Origin: Basidiobolus ranarum
Taxonomy: Eukaryota
NCBI GenBank assembly: GCA_040143965.1
Contig: JASJQH010000040.1
Coordinates: forward strand, 1 to 39,921
Reading direction: 5' to 3'
Length of the DNA: 39,921 bases
The notes beneath the pieces were generated by a model, which did no database searches, was not told where the DNA came from, and saw nothing but the letters and a program-made list of their open reading frames with translations. Positions 35,870-39,921 of this stretch are shown here, piece after piece (position 1 is the first letter of the stretch; the number at the start of each line of letters is the position of its first letter). Made by a program: the position numbers and the translations under genes.

Positions 35870-37354
35870 ATGCCTATCCCTACTCCTGATATCGAGATTC
35901 TTCGCCAACGTTTAGTTGCTGCCGGACAAGAGCACCTTCTTGATTTCTTTGAAGAGCTCTCCCCATTGGAACAAAGCGGCCTTATCGGTCAACTCAATGC
36001 TCTTGACGTGCATCGTGTAAATCGTATTTTTAAAAAAGCCACCAGCGGCTCTGAATCTTCTCACCAAGATTCAGCCTCGATCGAACCACTTCCTGAAGAT
36101 TGCTTTGAATCTGCTTTGAACTGCAGCCCCTCAAAGATTCAGGAATGGGAAGATTTGGGTTTGAAGATGATCGCTGAGGGTAAGGTAGCTGTCATCCTTA
36201 TGGCCGGTGGCCAAGGCACTCGTCTTGGTTCTTCTCTCCCCAAGGGTTGTTATGATATTGGCCTTCCATCCAAGAAGGGCTTATTCCAACTTCAAGCAGA
36301 GCGTATTAGTCGTTTACAACAAATTGCTCAAGAGCGTCATGACAACAACAAAAAGGTGGTTATTCCCTGGTACGTCATGACTTCCGGTCCTACCAGACAA
36401 GCTACCGAGGAACATTTCAAATCTCAAAACTACTTCGGATTGGAGGAAAATAATGTCTTCTTCTTTAACCAAGGTACTCTTCCATGCATGACTAATGATG
36501 GTAAGATCATGCTTGAAAAGAAGGGTCAACTTGCCGTAGCTCCCGATGGCAATGGTGGAATTTACGCCGCTCTTCGTCAAGAAGGTGTTCTAACCGATTT
36601 GGCTAACCGTGGTGTTGAATTCATCCACTCATACTGCGTTGACAACTGCCTTGTCCACGTTGCTGATCCAGTTTTCATTGGTTATTGTGTTTCCAAGAAT
36701 GCCGATTGTGCTGTGAAGACAGTTCCTAAGAGTAGCCCACAAGAACCTGTAGGTGTGGTTTGTCTTCGTAACAAGAAGTTCGGTGTTGTTGAATACAGTG
36801 AAATCAACGAAGAGATTGCTAACCGTACTCGCAGTGATGGAAAACTTGCCTTTGGTGCTGCCAACATTGCCAATCATTTCTACACACTTGATTTTCTTAA
36901 CAGTGTAATTTCGTTTGAGGACAATCTTGAATATCACATCGCTAGAAAGAAGATTAAGCATGTTGACCACACCCTTGGTGAAATCGTTGTTCCTACCAAA
37001 CCCAATGGTCTCAAGTTGGAGTTGTTTGTCTTTGATGTGTTCCCTTTCACCAAGCGTTTGGCTGTATTCGAAGTTGATCGCAAGGAGGAGTTTTCCCCAC
37101 TTAAGAATGCCCCTGGCACTGGAATTGATTGCCCTGAGACCAGTCGACGTGATATTATTGCCCAACAAATTCGATTCATTGAGAATGCTGGTGGTAAGGT
37201 TGATCTTCGTGGAGAATCTCCCGAGACTGCCATGTTTGAAATCTCACCACTTCTGTCCTACGCTGGTGAAGGTTTAGAATACTTTGAAGGTAAAACCATC
37301 ACCGCACCCGCCATCTTCCAAACCGTTGAAGATGTTGAGAAATACTTTGGTTAA
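35870..37354 (+). CDS. UAP1: UDP-N-acetylglucosamine pyrophosphorylase, intronless
   Basis: LMAGGQGTRLGSSLPKG, PWYVMTS, APDGNGG, YCVDNCL, VVEYSE, KLELFVFDVF, EFSPLKN, EISPLLSYAGEGL. Confidence 0.97.
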   Translation: MPIPTPDIEILRQRLVAAGQEHLLDFFEELSPLEQSGLIGQLNALDVHRVNRIFKKATSGSESSHQDSASIEPLPEDCFESALNCSPSKIQEWEDLGLKMIAEGKVAVILMAGGQGTRLGSSLPKGCYDIGLPSKKGLFQLQAERISRLQQIAQERHDNNKKVVIPWYVMTSGPTRQATEEHFKSQNYFGLEENNVFFFNQGTLPCMTNDGKIMLEKKGQLAVAPDGNGGIYAALRQEGVLTDLANRGVEFIHSYCVDNCLVHVADPVFIGYCVSKNADCAVKTVPKSSPQEPVGVVCLRNKKFGVVEYSEINEEIANRTRSDGKLAFGAANIANHFYTLDFLNSVISFEDNLEYHIARKKIKHVDHTLGEIVVPTKPNGLKLELFVFDVFPFTKRLAVFEVDRKEEFSPLKNAPGTGIDCPETSRRDIIAQQIRFIENAGGKVDLRGESPETAMFEISPLLSYAGEGLEYFEGKTITAPAIFQTVEDVEKYFG

Positions 37355-38059
37355 TTCTTCCATAGAGTACCTCATCGTTCGCTACCCTCATACCTTTTCT
37401 TTACTTTCATGAATATGTACTACTACCCACATTCTGATCATTACATGTATCCATAGCCATTAATCTGTTCACCCTAGTCCTGCACAAATACAATAAACAC
37501 TTGCTATAAAGTTTAATCTCTAGCCTCATCTCACGCTAACAATTAGTATGTCACACATAATTAAGTGTAATAATCATAAGTAAAATCTAGATCGATCCCA
37601 GTTGAGTTTGATTGCTTCCATGGTGAATGAGTTACTCAAGTAAATATTCAATAAAGCCAAGCATATTGTTTACATTACGCCATATATACAATCCATCTAT
37701 TTACCGTCACACCATTCACCGCTATGAGTCAATCGAATGTAGTAGTAATGGAAGCCCAAATCAGTTAGGCTGTATGTTGATCTTGTTACTTAAACGTCTC
37801 TCGTCGTACAGCTTATATTTGGCTCAATTGTTCATTCTTTGGGCCTTACTCCAGTCGAGCGAAGTATCAAGCGAAATGGTATCATTTAGTACGATATCGA
37901 TTCAGTACAATATCCAAATTAATGGTGCACTACTTCCATATTCTGAGAGATAAAGCATCCAATCAACAATTCACCTCACCCAATCTGTCCAGTGGTTTTG
38001 ACATATCTCTATGGCGTACGAAGTAAGATTGTCAAACTCGGTCAGTGTAAACATCATCT

Positions 38060-38132
38060 TTTCTTGAAATACCCTTACAATATATATCCTAGCTTAATTT
38101 CTTGAAATACCCTTACAATATCCTAGCTTAAT
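38060..38132. repeat. Tandem ~38-bp duplication differing by a (TA)2 indel
   Basis: TTCTTGAAATACCCTTACAATA(TATA)TCCTAGCTTAAT occurs twice, back to back. Confidence 0.85.
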
Positions 38133-39392
38133 GTAATTGGTCATTCCAAAGAGTGCTATGGTTACATCTAATGGATCTCTTACGCCCCAGTATTGACCCT
38201 CATATATCAGTAAAGATCGGTATCCAATACATTATCGTGATTATTATTATCAATCATTGATAACAATCGCATTGGTTAGGAGTCCTTGAAAACCAATCAT
38301 ATGTCCACATTTTAACTGAGCAATTTTAGCTGAACAGCGTTTCTTTGTTTGCCTTCAATTAGTTACTGTAATGCACATATAGATATTTGAAAACTGTTGG
38401 ATACGAGTAATGCTCAATAAATAGATAGCGTGTAATGCTCAATAAACAGATAGAATAGTCATTGTAATATATGTATCTTGTATACTACTAACTACAATCT
38501 TTCTATAAATACTTGATTGTGGTAGCTTTTTGAAATAGATCCATATGCTTATGAAAGAGCCTAAATAAGTGCCCATCTAAATTGCTACCGACAGTTCTGT
38601 AGATAGAGTTGCAGGAAATCTAACCATTAATATCACTACTGATATAATATTGGGCTCAAGTGACACTTAATTCACTGAATCCATTTTTACCTTTGTATCA
38701 ATAATGTTGAATTTGTGTGAATGAACAGATCTATTTTAAAAGCCTTTCAAGTTCTACCTTACTAAATATACATTTTGCATATGCTTTTACACATAATACT
38801 TGTGCATTATATATGTATTATGTCGCGTTTGTCGTCCTCGTATTGGAGAAATCGCTGAACTGTTTATATATATAAATCTGTGTACTCAGTAATTTCTCTG
38901 CTTCAGTTGCTCTTTAGAAATATATTCCTAATGTATTTTCATTTTATTTCATACCCAGATAAAACTGATTCATCTCAAATCCATAAGATAGGTAATACAA
39001 ACATTTGTTTTTATACTAAGCACTAATCCATCGCATTTACTTCTGGCAAGTTAAATATTTTAGATAAAATACCAACATTTGGTCATAAACTGCCATTCCA
39101 TTCCATCCGGTTTGTTGCTTTAAAGAATCGAGAATAAGTTTCTATATAGATGTTGGAAGTAAAACCATTGTGATCTGTTCCTAGTTACTAAAGAGGCAGG
39201 AGAAAAGCTTAGGGAGTTTTCGGATGAGGTTGAGGATTTTGTCTTCTCGACATTTTACAGATAAATGTAGAAAATGGTATTATTTGAATTTTAATATTCA
39301 ATAAATAAATATAACATAGTGTATAAATTTTCAACAGTTTAAATCTGATACCTCTTCATGTATTTATTCTTACAGCATGGCTCTCTCTCTCT

Positions 39393-39490
39393 CTCTATAT
39401 ATATCTGAGAACTTCCAAGTGTCAAAAAGAACATAGCTTAAGTATCTATATAGTCATATAGCTAGCTACCTAAATTTCACTATGTTATTA
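39393..39490. mobile_element. Degenerate LTR fragments in opposite orientations
   Basis: TATATCTGAGAACTTC.AAGT matches ~47-67 directly, and ACATAGCTTAA...TAGTCATATA matches ~33528-33560. Confidence 0.55.
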
Positions 39491-39539
39491 TGAGATATCT
39501 TCATAAAGAATGTACGCTCAATATTGAGACCAGCTTGGC

Positions 39540-39790
39540 GTTGAAATTAGCATTGTCTAAATACCTATATAGTCATACATAACTTAGTATTTAGTTATCC
39601 TATATTGAACTAAGATATCCCGAATTATTCAATATCAGAATTTACTTAGAAGTTTGAAAGTATATAGACTTTGATAACTTGTGTTGGAAGACCCAAACTT
39701 TGCACACATGTTCCTGGGACCTTCCTTAACATACTCTACCTGTTAGCTTATTAACATCTTGACAAAACTATAAATGTCAACTGAATACTC
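39540..39790 (+). mobile_element. LTR-like copy, 3'-truncated
   Basis: Colinear with 33518-33751 and the reverse complement of 1-190. Confidence 0.75.
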
Positions 39791-39798
39791 GATATATC

Positions 39799-39921
39799 TG
39801 TTAAAGTATTTGGGAGCCTGTTGGAAGTGGTTTGGAGAATTAGAGGAATTGGTGGTTTTCACTTATTGATTTATTGAGTAGAAAGTTGTCATTTATAGTT
39901 TTGTCAAGATGTAAACAAACT
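39799..39921 (-). mobile_element. LTR-like copy, 3' end (runs off window)
   Basis: Reverse complement matches 33715-33829 (ACTTTCTACTCAATAAATCAATAAGTGAAAACCACCAATT is identical) and ends TTTAACA. Confidence 0.75.

Noticed and set aside
22378-37354. BST1-GPAT-UAP1 as a GPI/lipid/GlcNAc gene cluster
   Set aside because: These are ordinary housekeeping genes separated by GOT2 and long spacers, and there is no evidence of co-regulation.

Overview
Eukaryotic, AT-rich, gene-dense fungal DNA with many short (~55-120 nt) GT-AG introns carrying CTAAC-type branch points. Gene style plus a minor-spliceosome (U12)-type intron point to an early-diverging fungus such as Zoopagomycota or Mucoromycota; this is inference, not a database hit. 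About 16 protein-coding genes can be assembled by hand: a small secreted protein, a single-pass Ser/Thr-rich membrane protein, a TCD (ct6A) ThiF-family enzyme with degenerate active-site motifs, RPL41 (absent from the ORF track), a chromodomain-SPOC-DomII-PIN protein, MRPL22, a pore-less voltage-sensor-like protein, a trihelix Myb/SANT factor, RPS1, a TBC RabGAP, a tail-anchored coiled-coil protein, VPS25, BST1/PGAP1, glycerol-3-phosphate acyltransferase, mitochondrial aspartate aminotransferase and an intronless UAP1. A ~313-bp LTR-like repeat family (TGTTGAA...TTCAACA) occurs at both window ends and at 33.5 kb. The most interesting candidate is the gene at 6073-9853. It appears to combine an H3K9me-type chromodomain with the SPOC/DomII/PIN module shared by S. 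pombe Chp1 (RITS) and metazoan TASOR (HUSH), suggesting a RITS/HUSH-like silencing scaffold in a basal fungus. Exon boundaries are manual and unverified by RNA data.
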